A DNA stretch of 64,000 nucleotides from Antedon mediterranea (GCF_964355755.1 NC_092671.1:15438001-15502000), one strand, 5' to 3'. Shown: positions 29,701 to 42,447, numbered from the stretch's first letter. Notes: generated from the sequence alone by a model not told the origin. Program-made: numbers and translations.

Positions 29701-32700
29701 AGAGAGCTAAAACTAAATGAATATGATGAGTTGGGTAATTAAAGATATTTTTTAATCATTTAACAATTTAATATACTGTACTGTAATATAATATTACCCC
29801 TATTAAGATGACTCAATCAACAAAGAGTCCCCTTAATAGAGGTATTCCGTGGATAGAGGGTTTTTCCCGTAGTGTTAAAACGTATAATGTTGCTCATTCT
29901 TTTCACATTAAAGTATTTCCTTAATAGGTGTATTGCAAATGAGGTTTCTACTTAATTGTAACTTTTCTGTTCTGTATTGTTTGTATCACATTGTACTACA
30001 GTTTAAACATTATATACTCAATAATAATTTTCGCCATTTTCTGTGATTTGGCAGCCGCATGTATTGATAGTACAGTAGTATGCTGGTCTGAATTTGAAAC
30101 TGTCATTTCTTGTACCTCCTAAAAGCAAGGCAATCTAACAAAGAGCGAGTGAGTGGCCGAGTGGTTAAGACAGTGGAACCGTAATTACGTAGCCATAACA
30201 TCGGCAAGGGTTCGAGGCTCACTCGCTCCATGGTTTACCATAGGTCCAGTGTACATATTGATTGATATATATATTTATACTGGGTAACCTCTTCAGTCAA
30301 AGACTGGTCTCCCAGAGGGCCCAGTTGGTGATCAGTGGCTGTAATGTACTAATACACCGTGGTAACCCCCTAGTACTAGTGTCAAAAGATGTACTAGGTT
30401 CTTTAAAGTGCACACTAGCTAGATGTGTACACTGAACCTACGGTTTATAGTCCTTATCCGAGACTCGTTCTACCACCAGAACCATGGAGTGAGTGAGCCT
30501 CGAACCCCTGCCGATGTTATGGCTACGTAATTACGGTTCCACTGTCTTAACCGCTCGGCCACTCACTCACTTACCTCACATATCTGGCTCATGTGCACAA
30601 GAACCTATAGTACATCTTTCGAGACGAGTAAGGGGTTACCCCGGGGTACTAGTTCACACACAACAGCCACTGTCACAAACTCATCATACACTGGACCCTC
30701 TGGGAGAACAGTCTTTGACTGAAGAGGCTACCCAGTATAAAGAATAAATAATAATAATTGTATTTAACACTGCAGCTTACATGTCTTAAGAGGGGGTTAC
30801 CCCGGTGTATATTTCACAAACTCATCATATACATACACTGGGCCCTCTGGGAGAACAGTCTTTGACTGAAGAGGCTACCCAGTATAAAGAATAAATAATA
30901 ATAAAGGATGCTGGGCTCGAAAAGGTTTATTTTTGGCACGATCAGTTCCACACTCCTTAACAGACACTGCACGCTGCTGAGAATATGTACTATGTACAGT
31001 ACTATTGGTATTTGTTGCAGCCAGACATACCGAGTTTCTATCTTGGCAAGGCGAGCTCAGTGTCCTGTTGTTGCTTAAAGTCCACTTTTAAGCCACTTTG
31101 ATTTTGAATTGAAACAAAATAAAAAAGAACATGATACATTGAATCTATCTAGTCTTTTATTTAGTTGTCTATTTGTTGTTGTACATACTACTAATTGTTT
31201 GTTTTGTTTTCAGATGTCAGCCACGTTTGTGGCGTATTGATATTGCACCTGAAGAATCTTTAGACTCAGCACTGTACCAACTCAGTTTTACGCAACCCTT
31301 TGATGCTGCTCTGTCAACAAGAGGTAATTATATCTCGTTTCTGTTTTATTGCAAATTTGGAGTCTTTCATTTTCAGAGTTCAATTAATGTTTAGCATCTT
31401 AGTGTGTCTTGTGATAATATTGCATCCTATTTAAGAATTTAGTTTTATTGTGATGGAAAATGAAAGTCACATTAACTACAGTGAAATTCACATCAACTAC
31501 AGTGATAATTCACATCAACTACAATAAATAAAATTCAATTTATAATCCCTTTTTTGGCAGTACAATACTTGCTTTCACGCCCCATGTTTCATACTTGCCC
31601 ACGCAAATAAATGCTTGTTAGCTGCTTGCTAGAATTAAATTTGGAAAATTTAGAATTCAAACATGGCATGCACAACATCAGTGTCTTGTTACAAATTGTA
31701 TCTTGTTGCAAATTTGATATATACATTAGAAGAAAGTTTAGAATGTCTAGAAAATTATAAACTTTTAACTCTATTTTTAACTCTTGAATTTGTATTGAAC
31801 TGTCAACTAAGGATTAATAAGGAATTTTCGGTTTGCACATTCACTATGTTGACTGATATTCTATGACGTCATTTATATTATATGTACGTTGACTGCCAAA
31901 ATTCAGATTGTGTTCAGTCATTTTAACTCAGTACGAGTCATTACAGAGAATGATCTCTTGATTTTTTGAAAATGTAGTAAAATGCTTTTCAGTTAGTGGT
32001 TATTTTAATAAAGATTTTAATAATGCAGGTTAAGGCCTATAGGCCTTATCACTAAAATGCCAGCCTTCGTTTAGAAAATTATGGATCTAGGCTAGGCGTA
32101 AGCTACCAACGCCATACATAGTCTGGCTTAAACCTGTTTACTCGCATACCACCGGCCAAGTGGAATAGCACCACACTCACTAGATTACAAGGTCATTACA
32201 TCATATGTTCATTGGCATGTCAACATGAATGTCCACTTTATCAAAATGTTCATATTTCTGGATGAGTACCAGTTGACTATGACCCATGTGGAGGTTGTGC
32301 ACGTTCACTCACAGTAGAGCTATCTTAGTAATTATTGTACTATGCTTTAACCTGTCAGATTAATGCTGTACCTCTCTTCTGTTTATTAAAAGATATTTAC
32401 TGGATTATTTATTTATTTTTTTTTTTTTATGTTTTCTTGGTCATTGAACGTGTTCCTTTGATGGTTAAATATTGACATCTATGCTCATTTCTTAGAAGAC
32501 TATTTTCTGTACTGTCAGTCACTAAACTTGTCACATTTACAATAGTCAAAATGAAAAATGTCAATTTGTGTTATTGACTTTTGCCACAATTTGTCATGAT
32601 ATATTCTGTTTTAGTCATGTCTTGCCAGGCTCATGGTGAGACCACAGGACTGTATGATACATGTCATGCACTCTCATTTCATTTGATGGTATTGTATCCT

Positions 32701-35700
32701 TTCAGTTCTTCAAAAACAGATTTTATTTATTCTGCATTCGAATTTACTTCAGAACAGATATAAATTTGATCAGCATTCTAGAATGATTTCAAGTTGTTCA
32801 GATAGTTGTTAGCTACGAGTCATTATTGTTATATGATTTACTACTACTTTATGAATAAACAATATTACATTTACTAGACCATGATCGTTGTTAATTATCT
32901 TGGCTTGCATCTCTTACAATTGCTATAGAGATGCCAGTAAGCAGAGTGAAGTAAAATAATAGAATGGTATAACTAATGGTTAATTCAATTAGAGTCAAGT
33001 TGACAATTTACGTTTAGTGATGTAAATATTTATAAATACTTGACTGAGTAATAGGTAGTGTTACTGAACATACAAAAAATGGTAAATTGTGTAATTTTAC
33101 ATCATGGACAAAGTGTACTCAATTTCTCTCCGTCGTACTTTAGACTTCCAGAATGCATTAAGTCTTGTGTATTTGAACCTTTAAATACACGATAGCTTCG
33201 ATCTTCATAAGTAGATCTTCATAACTATCTTATATTTCTCTGTATAACATTGTTAACAGCCAGAGGATGTTTTATTATGCAAATACTTAGATGCAACCAT
33301 TGAAGATCTATGATCTAAATGGAATTAAAATCTTCTTCCTAATGTACATACTGTTATAAATACACTGTATTGATCATGAATTTGTAATTAAACAGTGTAA
33401 ATGGAACTTTTGTTTTAATATCTGGTGAGCATGACAGATTTAAGCAAACATGGTATGGCATATGCTTCTATAATTTGAGTGGCAAACGATTAAACAGACT
33501 ATAACATCCCGAGTAATCTCTCTGTGATTGGTTATTCATTCTCAACACATAATTTTCTCCCATAGTACATCCTAATTAACATGTACTCATTTATTTCAAT
33601 TAATACATTGGTTACAATATATGCCTGTTCAATATAATCAGATTACAGATAAAAATACAATACAGTATTATACGAAATTGTAGCAAAATTGAAAACTATG
33701 ATAGCAAGGATTCGTCCAACAAAATTTGAGAGAAATGTATTTCCATTGGGATCTTGCAGTTATTATATTTACCTAAGTATCTAAATTCAATAGGGTTAGA
33801 AATTGTATTCAAGGAACATTATTATTTAAAGATGTATGGTCCCCTAAAAACATGAAAAATGAAGTTTTCAATCAATTTAATATTCTGTAGAAAAAAAAAA
33901 AATGTTTTCTCTTATAAAATTACAAAATAAAATGGTTAAATTAAAAAAAAACAATTTGACTATTTTTTGCTTTAAATTAAAGTTTTTTCAGGTAAATATT
34001 TGTTTCCGATCCAATTTTTGGTCAAAGTGGTTAAGTATTATGCGACTAAAATGTCATATTCAACAAACACAATTGTTAAGAATTATTTTTTCAAAGGGGA
34101 TACATCTTTAATTTAAAATTTGTGGCATTATATAACTCATGGAACAAAAGAGTAAATATTAAGAGTATTAAAAATCAGGTCATACAGCAATGAAACTTAT
34201 ATTGAAGAAGAAAAGCATTAATAATAAAAAATGTCTTATTAAAATCATGAGAATAAAGTTCTCATCAATTCCAGGTGAAAATTTGTTGACATTGAATGTA
34301 ATGTCATTTTGAAAAAAACAGGTTGTTGTTGTTTCTAACTCGGTCTAACTGATGCTAAGATTGATTGTTAGCTATTTTCGTCACATAAGTATTGACTTAG
34401 AAATTGAAGAGTTTCGCTTGCATTTGCAGGTGTAGCTATAAACTTTTCTAGTGAGCACATCTTCTCGGCAGGTGTTGGGAACAATTAAACAAGAACTAGT
34501 GTTGTTTAATAGATAATTGCTGTAGATTTTATTTTTTTAACCGCAATTCATAACCTCAGTCAGAATAAACAGTAGCTTATTATAGGTGGAAAAATAAAAA
34601 AGATAAATAAAAGAGAAACACTATATACAGAAAATTAAAATTGAAAATTGGACATATTATGGATATAAATTAAATTCATAACGAAATTTAATACAGTTGA
34701 ATAGATTAGGTAAATTCACATTAACCATCTATCATGTTTCAGGCCTTGTCTTTTGAAAATCATAGGTGTGCTACAAATTGCACTCCTCAATACATTCAGG
34801 GGTGCTGTAGGTGTGCTGTTTGTATTTTCGTGTGTAGAAGTTTACAAAATTAAGGCGTGTTGTAAATCGCACTCCTCAAGGGCAGAGTGTGTTAGGTGAG
34901 TGATCGCACTCACTCGCCTTAAAAGACAAGGCCTGATGTTTGATCATGATCAAGTTATCATTGACTTGTGTGAACCTAAAATGATCAAATAACGTGACCA
35001 GCTTTAATCAACTTAACATGATCAATCTGAGTATGTTAAAGAAACCTTGTACATAATGGGATAAATATTAATTCATAAAAAGAAACATGATTAACCTTGT
35101 ATGTATAATGAGATAAATATTAATTCATAAGATTGAATCTACCAATGAGCATTTGATTTAGTATTTTCAACTGACTGAAACCATATTGGCCCTGCCTTCA
35201 TGCTAAAAGACAACTCATTAGAATAATAATATTCCTTCTTATATAACGCTTATTGTACAATTCTTCTTCACATTATTACCCTGGTCATTTTTTTTTATCA
35301 AACACGTATGGAAACATACTCCCATAATGCAGCTAGTAATCAGCGCAAAGTAGTATCTTGATCTAACCGGGTACCCATTTTTACACCTGGGTGAAGCAGG
35401 GCAAACGTAAGTTAAAGTATCTTGCGTAAGGATACAAGCAATGCGACGAGAGTTGGATTCGAACTCACAATCTCAAGATCAGTAATCCAATGTCAAACAC
35501 ACTGCGCCACCTGCCCTCATAGAATCATTAGATCAGGATCTGATTTTCATGTGAACAGTTTCTGTTTATCATACATAAACTTACCATGGTGATAGATAAT
35601 TAAAGTCATGATAATAATTGGAACACACCTATTGATAAAGCAAAAGCAGCAATATTAAACTCTTAAGTCTTATTGCCATTGCCAAAACGGTACTATTACC

Positions 35701-38486
35701 CAGAATTAAAGTATTATTACAATTATTTTCTCATCATCTTTAATTAAACATTTTTTCTGCTGTTAAAAGTATGCTATAAATAAATGATAATTAATAAACT
35801 TATTTTGTGAAATGTAAACAACTTTAATTGATAGAAATTAAAATTACCGTTCAACAAACACTGGAATTCAATAACAAATTAATTTTCAAAGGCTAATCCC
35901 TGTATGCATTATCAATTATGTATAGTTTTTTTTTTTTTTAAGCAAACATTCACTATTAAAAAATGATAAAGAGCTGTACAGAAAGTATTTTTATATCCCT
36001 CTGACGTAGGTAGACAAACTTGTTTAATAAGACACTGTGACAAATTCCATTAAAAGTAGACAGAAGATTATATTAATATTCTTTTTCGACAATTGACATT
36101 TTTCTTGTTGCGTAAACAAGATTTCATGTTGTGATATTCTTTATTCTTAAACTGGCTGGTGTGAAGATTTGCAAAGTAATCACCAAGTAGGCTTCGTGTT
36201 GATAAATTATCTTTATTTTTATCATCACATATACAAATAATGACATCATTTGTTCGATTAAGGACACTGACATATTCAATATTCTGTACATCTGTATACC
36301 ATTTACTAACTGGTTTTTTCCAGAATAAATTAGCTCCCAATTGGTATTACAAATGGTGTAAAAAAATATAATAAGCACTTGGTGGTAGATTAGGTCTATT
36401 ATGAATATTAAACAACTAGCAGCTTTGTCAATTGGAATGATAAAAAATACATTTGCCTTTTTTGTATTCATCCTACAGTAATACATTTTTGGTATCACAT
36501 TCTTTGAAAATTATAATGTGCTTGTCTGAATATCTTCGACTGTCCGGGGTTTTACACTTTCTCCTTTTCTTTCCTTTTTCACTTTCTCCTTTCCCTTCCT
36601 TTTTCACTTTCTCCTTTTCTTTCCTTTTTCATTATGATATACGGTATCCTATATTGTATCTTCTTCCCTTTGTTACTGTACTTCATTTGTTGGAGCCTAG
36701 GTGTGAAGTTTTAATTTATATAGGTTTCCTTCCACACATACTATGTTTTATTAATTACTATCGAACGTGTTAATATAATTATTATGTTTATGTATTTTTA
36801 ATATATTTGTGGAGAATATTATTGAATAAACAAATATCAATACATCTTGTTATTAAATTAGGAGGAGACTAGAAGTCTTTGTGTAACTGCAGTTTTAGTA
36901 ATTCAATCCAGTCCAACTCAGATAACCCAGAAGAATTAAATACTAAAATACGCCATAAAAACCTGTAGGAATTGAAATCAATGGCATCAGAAAACAGTTT
37001 GTTGCCCCACTTATCCTCCTGTTCAATGCCTAAATCCTTTCCTGGCCTCAACTTGGCCAGAATTACCATACCTTAATGGGATGTTTATTCATCAGTTTCG
37101 CAAATACATTGTCAATCTGTAATAATCTGTCTTTTGGATGATCATATGTTATTAGAATTGATTTGTAACCGAGATTTCCTTCAAATTGAAAATTGTCAAC
37201 ACCATTTTATAATCGTATTTCAGTTTACCTAGGAAAGAATAATCTGCATATTTTTTTGCTATATTTTTTCATTTAGTTACATTTAGCACAGTATATGTAA
37301 AAAATCAAATAATATCATTATCACTGAAATTACTACTAAATTGCACCTATTCAGTGGACACCTATTAAGAGCTGGCACTTTTCCATAAAGGAACAAGGGG
37401 AAATACACTTACTACTATACAGCCAACCAACTGTATTTTAACTTGTTGATAATATTGTAGTTATGATAATAAACGCACACAACAAGAAAATAAATGCTAA
37501 ATTATTATTAGATAATCTATAAACCAATTTAATAAAAAAAAACACCCACACTCTTAACACGCTCTCCAATATCATTACACCAACGCACAATTAAACCCCC
37601 ACGCTATTATATAGAAAATCGAAATATATTAGTAACCTGATAGTATAAGATATTTCAACCACTTTAAATAATACGTAAATCTTTAAAAATATCACTCCTC
37701 CCATCAATTATTAGGTTGTAATGTAAATATTCCAGAGCTTCACTGTGTATTTGTTGGTACTTTCTAGATATCATCAAAATGGGAAGTCAGTTAGGTACAA
37801 GCAAACCAGTTCATTCTCCAATTTCTATGTGTGTATTTGGAAATGTTTCATTGAATTTATTTTTTTATTCAATTTGAATTAATAGTCTTGTTTGTCTTCT
37901 ATTATTTTAGTCATTAATAGGGTTTCCCTTGTATACAGGTTGGCTATAACATTAAAACATACACTGCCTTCATTCATTTCATAAGAAAGTGTCCCTTTAA
38001 TAGAGGTGTCCCTTACATAGGGGTGTCCCGAAGGAGCGGTTCTGCTTCAGTTTAGAGTTCCCCCTAACAATTTTAAGGCCCTTGTTTGTTTCATATTCTA
38101 AATCTGAAATGTGTCTACTACTGTATAATACCTATCAGACTATTAGTAGGCCCACTCTTTTAAATTAACTAAGATGGATTAAATCAATGTAGGGCCGGAT
38201 ACCAAGAGTCTATGCCCAGCCAACAACGAAGATTGACAACTTAACTTATATTAGCACAGGCTAAATTTCCAGTGTAATGCATTAGCAAATCTATCCCTCA
38301 AGCTAGCTCAGTCTGGAAATTGCGAAAGCATTCATGCAACTAGAAACAGCTTTTAACTAAACCACCAATTGATTTGTTTCCTTATTTGTTTTTGCAGATG
38401 AGACTAAGGTTGTTGAAAATGGTAATATTCAGACTTATTATTCTATTCACGTTCGAAGAAATCATACAAAGCCGCTATTAGGCTAA
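14730..38486 (+). CDS. ZWILCH: Protein zwilch homolog (kinetochore RZZ complex subunit), complete, 596 aa
   Basis: In-frame GT-AG exons: 14730-14779, 14905-15046, 15500-15684, 16583-16755, 17020-17096, 17890-18048, 18308-18379, 19280-19423, 20525-20698, 20915-21071, 21483-21645, 27112-27207, 31214-31323, 38398-38486 (TAA); total 1791 nt. Motifs PLWVMCDG, VTANGYAQYDV, LYQELQML, RNDLDFTERLW, LIEMGLEKLRRDYIDYFI, FQLPV and PRLWRIDI match Zwilch as recalled. Head-to-head with RPL4, as in human. Confidence 0.92.
15213..15280 (-). mobile_element. tRNA-derived SINE head or tRNA pseudogene fragment
   Basis: Minus strand tagccacagtggtctaatggttgggacatctgcatagcaagcagaagattccaagttcaaatctcac has A-box-like and B-box-like motifs but no intact cloverleaf. 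Confidence 0.5.
16300..16521 (-). mobile_element. tRNA-headed SINE with a Deu/Nin-like central domain
   Basis: Head tggccgagcggttaaagc. Body tcggataaggactataaactgtaggtcc...gcacttcaaagaacccag...agtagggggggttaccc is shared with the copies at 30143-30905. Confidence 0.75.
19597..20158 (-). mobile_element. 5'-truncated Penelope-like retroelement: GIY-YIG endonuclease C-terminal fragment flanked by inverted pseudo-LTRs
   Basis: Minus-strand peptide KSAITDHAIKENHTPNWEAKVL...RGWQEAITIRKTGNNMNRDQGGRWLPHIYDDLL has the PLE GIY-YIG tail pattern (SAxxxH, EAIxI, NRDxG, LPxIY). Arms 19597-19760 and 20033-20158 are inverted repeats. Confidence 0.85.
19646..19689 (-). ncRNA. Minimal type I hammerhead ribozyme motif (U3-A8 core variant) in the Penelope pseudo-LTR
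   Basis: ctacc TTGAAAA a gtgcg atgctaa cgcac GAAAC GTT ggtaag: stem I tacc/ggta, stem II gtgcg/cgcac, palindromic AACGTT stem III. Confidence 0.6.
22379..22600 (+). mobile_element. tRNA-derived short retroelement with an inverted copy of its 3' tail at the 5' end
   Basis: Arms ~22379-22455 and ~22524-22600 are inverted repeats around a B-box segment ggaggttgtgggttcgagtcccacc. Confidence 0.7.
22626..22784. mobile_element. PIF/Harbinger-type MITE (AGCTCTGTCTACAC family)
   Basis: TTA|agctgtgcctacact ... gtttgatagtgtagacagcgct|TTA. Confidence 0.75.
23219..23405. repeat. 37-bp minisatellite, about 5 copies
   Basis: Unit tgtatatctagtcttatcatccataacaataattact; tctagtc recurs at 23224, 23261, 23298 and 23335. 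Confidence 0.9.
25294..25463 (+). mobile_element. tRNA-headed SINE (CORE/Meta-like family), internally deleted copy
   Basis: ggggcgtgtggcgcagtgtgttggaca...gaatccaactctcaccgcattgcttgtatcctt; same family as the copies at 27465, 28828 and 35223. Confidence 0.7.
26384..26514. mobile_element. Degenerate PIF/Harbinger-type MITE (AGCTTGGTTCCCACT family)
   Basis: TAA|agtttggttcccatt ... agtggtaaccaagct|TAA. Confidence 0.65.
26655..26796. mobile_element. PIF/Harbinger-type MITE (AGCTCTGTCTACAC family), near-intact
   Basis: TTA|agctctgtctacaatatcaaac ... tagtgtagacagagct|TTA. Confidence 0.85.
27246..27429. mobile_element. PIF/Harbinger-type MITE
   Basis: aggccaactcagacagcgttgtacaacga ... tcgtcgtacaacgctttctgagttggcct; TAA and TTA flanks. 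Confidence 0.8.
27465..27782 (-). mobile_element. tRNA-headed SINE (CORE/Meta-like domain), full length with (ATT)n tail
   Basis: Minus strand: gggcgtgtggcgaagtgtg head, ggttcgaatcc B box, ttaggcaagatactttacttacgtttgcctctctccacccaggtgtataaatggg core, gcgctatataaatccaggata(tta)n tail. Confidence 0.85.
28476..28682 (-). mobile_element. Penelope-type pseudo-LTR remnant: ~55-bp inverted arms with a minimal hammerhead ribozyme motif at 28524-28567
   Basis: Arms 28476-28530 and 28628-28682 are reverse complements. Minus strand reads attt CTGAAGA a gctgtcc gatca ggacagc GAAAC t GTC aagg. Confidence 0.7.
28828..29143 (+). mobile_element. tRNA-headed SINE (CORE/Meta-like domain), full length
   Basis: gggcgtgtggggcagtgtg...ggttcaaatcc...gcctctctccacccaggtgtataaatgggtacc...gcgctatataaatccaggata(tta)n. 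Confidence 0.85.
30143..30905. mobile_element. Cluster of Deu/Nin-domain tRNA SINEs: a + copy (30143-30258 and 30578-30757) interrupted by a full - copy (~30270-30570), plus an extra 3' tail (30788-30905)
   Basis: Head gagtggccgagtggttaagacagtggaacc...gggttcgaggc is present in both orientations. Deu-like core ggactataaaccgtagg...gcactttaaagaacc...aggggttaccccgg. Tail ccctctgggagaacagtctttgactgaagaggctacccagtataaa occurs three times. Confidence 0.85.
33830..34107. mobile_element. Kolobok-like MITE with TTAA target-site duplication
   Basis: TTAA|agatgtatggtcccc ... ggggatacatct|TTAA; inverted homolog of 6445-6763. Confidence 0.75.
34740..34935. mobile_element. hAT-like MITE with perfect 15-bp TIRs and a 6-bp flanking direct repeat
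   Basis: ATGTTT|caggccttgtctttt ... aaaagacaaggcctg|ATGTTT. Confidence 0.75.
35223..35516 (-). mobile_element. tRNA-headed SINE (CORE/Meta-like domain)
   Basis: Reverse-complement homolog of 28828-29143 (ggtacccatttttacacctgggtg; ttggattcgaac; acactgcgccac). Confidence 0.8.
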
Positions 38487-39642
38487 ATTGTTGATCGGAG
38501 CCATGAAACCTAGTCATATGACTATAGCAATGGACTTGTGAAGGTACTGAAACATTGAGAACAGACGTTTTCACCATACTACACTGATTATATTTATGTA
38601 TAATCTATTTACAAGGTTAACTCTTCCTGCACAATATGCATCCTGTTGCACTTTCTCTAAATGTCGTTTATGTTTACAGTGGTGGTATATTATGATCAGT
38701 CACCTGTTTGCGTCGGTGTACCACCATAGATGTAAACTTTGAACGATGTAGTTTGCATCCTCTTAAAACATAGGCAGCAAGAAACTTATTTCACATATGT
38801 AACGACAATGCAAGGTGTGAAAACAGACCTTAAATGCGTTACATACACGTATAGCGACCCCAACTTGTGAAATTGCTCTGGTGTAAACCAGCTCTTACAC
38901 ACGTCAACCATAAAAAAATACTTATATATCATTCAAAGCGTGGCAGCGTGAACATGTGACACATGTTTTGTGTACGTACTGTATCAGCGTCAATACGTAG
39001 GAAAACACATGACCGTGCATGCGTGCATCAACAATTAAAATGCCGCTAATGAAGCTTACAGTTCTTATGGCCAACATTCAAATATGTTTTGAACATGAAG
39101 ATGTTGATAGATTATCTACTAAAATTCATAGATATTAGATCGAATTACCTAATGCCGGAAACATGTTAATTTCTGTAGGCGAGCTTTCTTTGAACTTGAT
39201 TACCAAGTAAATCTCATTATTATTGTCAGCTACAACAATGAACCTAAGTCCCATTCATATTGGACGTACACACATAAAATAATTTCTAACATCTAATGGG
39301 TTATGCTATTTTTCCATCTCCTTGGTAGAAAGGTTTAATCTCTCAATCTCATTGGTCCAAAATACAAATGCTAGTATTGTCAATTTATTAATGTCTTTAT
39401 TTAATAATAATTAAATTTAAAATTTATTAATGTTATTATTCCTAATCATGCACCTTGCTCATTTTTAGAAGGCCTTTTTGAACGAGGCCCAAATTCACAC
39501 AGTTATTTATACATTTGTTTTTTTTTTTGCTGTAATATGTTATGTTTTTTGTCTCTGTGGCTGCATTGTATGATGTTAAATGTTGAATTTAAATAAATAT
39601 ATCTTGAATACATATAAATAAAAAAAATAATAAGCATGTCTT

Positions 39643-39950
39643 CTGTACCCTTACCCAGGTTTGTACACTTACCACCTTTGTACCCTGACCCTCTTTGTAC
39701 ACCTACCCCCTGTGTAACCTGACCCCTGTGTACCCTGATCCCTTTGTACCCTGATCCCCATGTACCTGACCCCCTTTTTACCCTGATCCATTTGTACCCT
39801 GACTCCTTTGTACCCGGACTCATTTGTACCCTGACCCCTTTGTGCCCTGACCCCATTGTACCCTGACCCCTTTGTACCCTGACCCTTTTGTACCCTGACC
39901 CCTTTGTACCTTGTCCGATTTGTACCATGACCCCTTTGTACCCTGACCCC
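39643..39950. repeat. ~17-18-bp minisatellite (ctttgtaccctgacccc)n
   Basis: Degenerate tandem unit; it accounts for the three repetitive GQGTKGSGYK ORFs in the track. Confidence 0.9.
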
Positions 39951-40502
39951 TTTTTTTGCGCATATTAAAAGAACATATGCGAACATATCCAAAAAGATTG
40001 ATATTCATATAGCATTTAACTTGAGATTGTTTTGAAGAATATCTTTATTTTTAGCAATGATATAATCAGAGTATACGGCTTAATGCATGACATGTCTGTT
40101 TGTAATTGAAAATAATGCGGTCACATTTAAGACCACTTCTGCCTTTAGGATTCCGACACAGTTAGTGACGTCATGAGAGACATTAAATTTCATGTATTGC
40201 GAATCTTTATACAACAAATCCATTAACTGCTCACTAAACTGCGAGGTTTTAGTGTATTTTTTATCTGCTTAATTAATATACATTTAGTTTGAACTCTGTT
40301 TGTACGTAACGTTATGGCTGTGAGATTACATCTCGCTGTTTATTCACGTTTGTTGTTGAAGAATTACACTATAATGTACTGTTACCAACTTATGATTTGA
40401 ACTTGCGCGATGGATTGAAAAGCCACTGTGCGTTCAAACTTCAATTGTATGACAACGGTTTTTTACATTTATACAAACAGTATTTTGACAAACATTAAGT
40501 AA

Positions 40503-40752
40503 AGCTCTGTCTACATTATCAAACTGATATGCCCAAATATGGTAGTGATATGCCCAAGTATGGTAGTGATATATTCATATTATTCATATTCATATTCATT
40601 TATTATCCAGAAAAAATAATACAAAAACAATACAAAAAGCATATATAACATAGAACAACAACAAGCAGAGAAAAAGTGACATTATCATGTCCATAATGGG
40701 AAAATTACATTTTGTTGTTAGTCATATAAAGTTTGATAGTGTAGACATAGCT
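40503..40752. mobile_element. PIF/Harbinger-type MITE (AGCTCTGTCTACAC family) with an internal insertion
   Basis: agctctgtctacattatcaaac ... gtttgatagtgtagacatagct. Confidence 0.7.
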
Positions 40753-42447
40753 TTATGCTATTTAAATGATTTTATGATTCGTGGGCGAATGTTTTTATTT
40801 GGGCAAACAGCCTCTTGCAACAACACAATAACTCTCCAGTAGTTCATCTCATAATTCCTATTATTCGTTATTTTCAATTTGGTAGATATTTAGAAAATCG
40901 GCAGTTATAGTACCGGCCGTATATCTATACAATTAAAGAGAGAGAATTTGTACATTGTTTTTTGTTATACAATTTTTGGCTATAATGACCAGAATTGTAC
41001 TGGGGAGGTTTTAGAACATAGAGATACTATAATATCTCTATGATTTGAACCACCTTGAAGGGTTTCATTTCTAGTTAAAAGGAATGATATGGTACTTAGC
41101 GTACCGTTACCCCATCAATTTGAATCTTACAATGGTCTACGTGTATCACTTTCAACGCAATGCTTTGGTATTAACATACTGATTATTAACAATATAATTA
41201 TGTTAAAAGGAGTTGAAACGTATTTATTTCGATTTAACCGATCGATAACTGCCAAGTCCTGTCGTTTGTAGAACGAAGGTTATATAGTTTCTTCGCATTT
41301 TGTTGATGAAAGTAGTAGTAGTTAGTAGCTAATCAAATGGCATCGTCAATTCTCCAAGTGATACTCTTTCATCATTTAATGGACTGAGCATCTTGTGATC
41401 TTGAGCGTAGGCATACACTGTGGTCATAAGTAGCAAGTTACATTTAAAACTGTTACTATCAAATATATATTATATTGTACATGTTTCTATGTTATTATAT
41501 TGGAAATCAAGGATGCATAACCTCTGATTTGGATGGAGCAAGAAAGATATTTCACATTCTTTCACAAAGCAAATTCACAAAACGGGTAGTAGGTATAGTG
41601 GAATAAAACTCCAGCCCTGTCCTGTCCTCTAAACATAGATGTCAACATTTTAATGGGACGATAAACCACGAGAGAGAGACTTGTTTTGTACGCATTCGTA
41701 GAACAATCTTGAATTGTTCGCGCCTTCCGTCCAAAACGAAAGGGAATAGTCCAGTGACACCACATACGTTGTTGACATCGCTCATTCTACTTCATATCGA
41801 TTATGTGATAATCTAGTCGTAATGCATCTATATTAACAATTGTAATTTTAAAACAAACCGGATTCTCCTCCGTTAAACCTCTCCGAGATGAACTTGATTT
41901 TATTAGGTTGAAAGTTAATAGGTAATACAGAACTTTAGATCAGAAATAGCAAATATCCAATCCCTGTAACAACATACTAAGCACACGGTATCAACCTGTC
42001 TAAGAGATCAATTTTTAAAATCGTTCTTGCGTCATCGTATATTCAATTGTAGTTTCAAATACCCACTCTCGTTTACATCTCAAATCTGCTATTCCTTTTA
42101 GAAGGTTTGATAAATTGCAATGACGATATAATTGTCTAGGTTTTGCAACATGACATTAAAAACACCAATAGCTGATTTGAAAACATCGAGACATAAGTAT
42201 AAAAGTTGAAACAAAAAAGTATTAGCCATTGTCTTGAAATGTGCCTTAGTTTATACACCATAACAGAGTGTAGAAATGATTCCAAATAACGAGATACAAG
42301 CCATTATTCAGAGTTCCGATCTTTATTTGATCATCATCAGAAATTAACAATAATTCCAAAGGTTTATATCTCGTTTACATCATAGTACTGTAGTTATAAT
42401 TGTCTGCCTTTGAAACGAAACGTTGAATCATTGCTTGCCTCTCGTAA

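Noticed and set aside
36068-37069. Several 66-124-aa ORFs in the last ZWILCH intron, as a possible nested gene
   Set aside because: They are low-complexity translations, and I could not build a consistent exon chain on either strand.
39503-40008. Three overlapping ORFs with GQGTKGSGYK-like repeats
   Set aside because: They are translations of a 17-18-bp minisatellite that is open in several frames; there is no splice or homology support.
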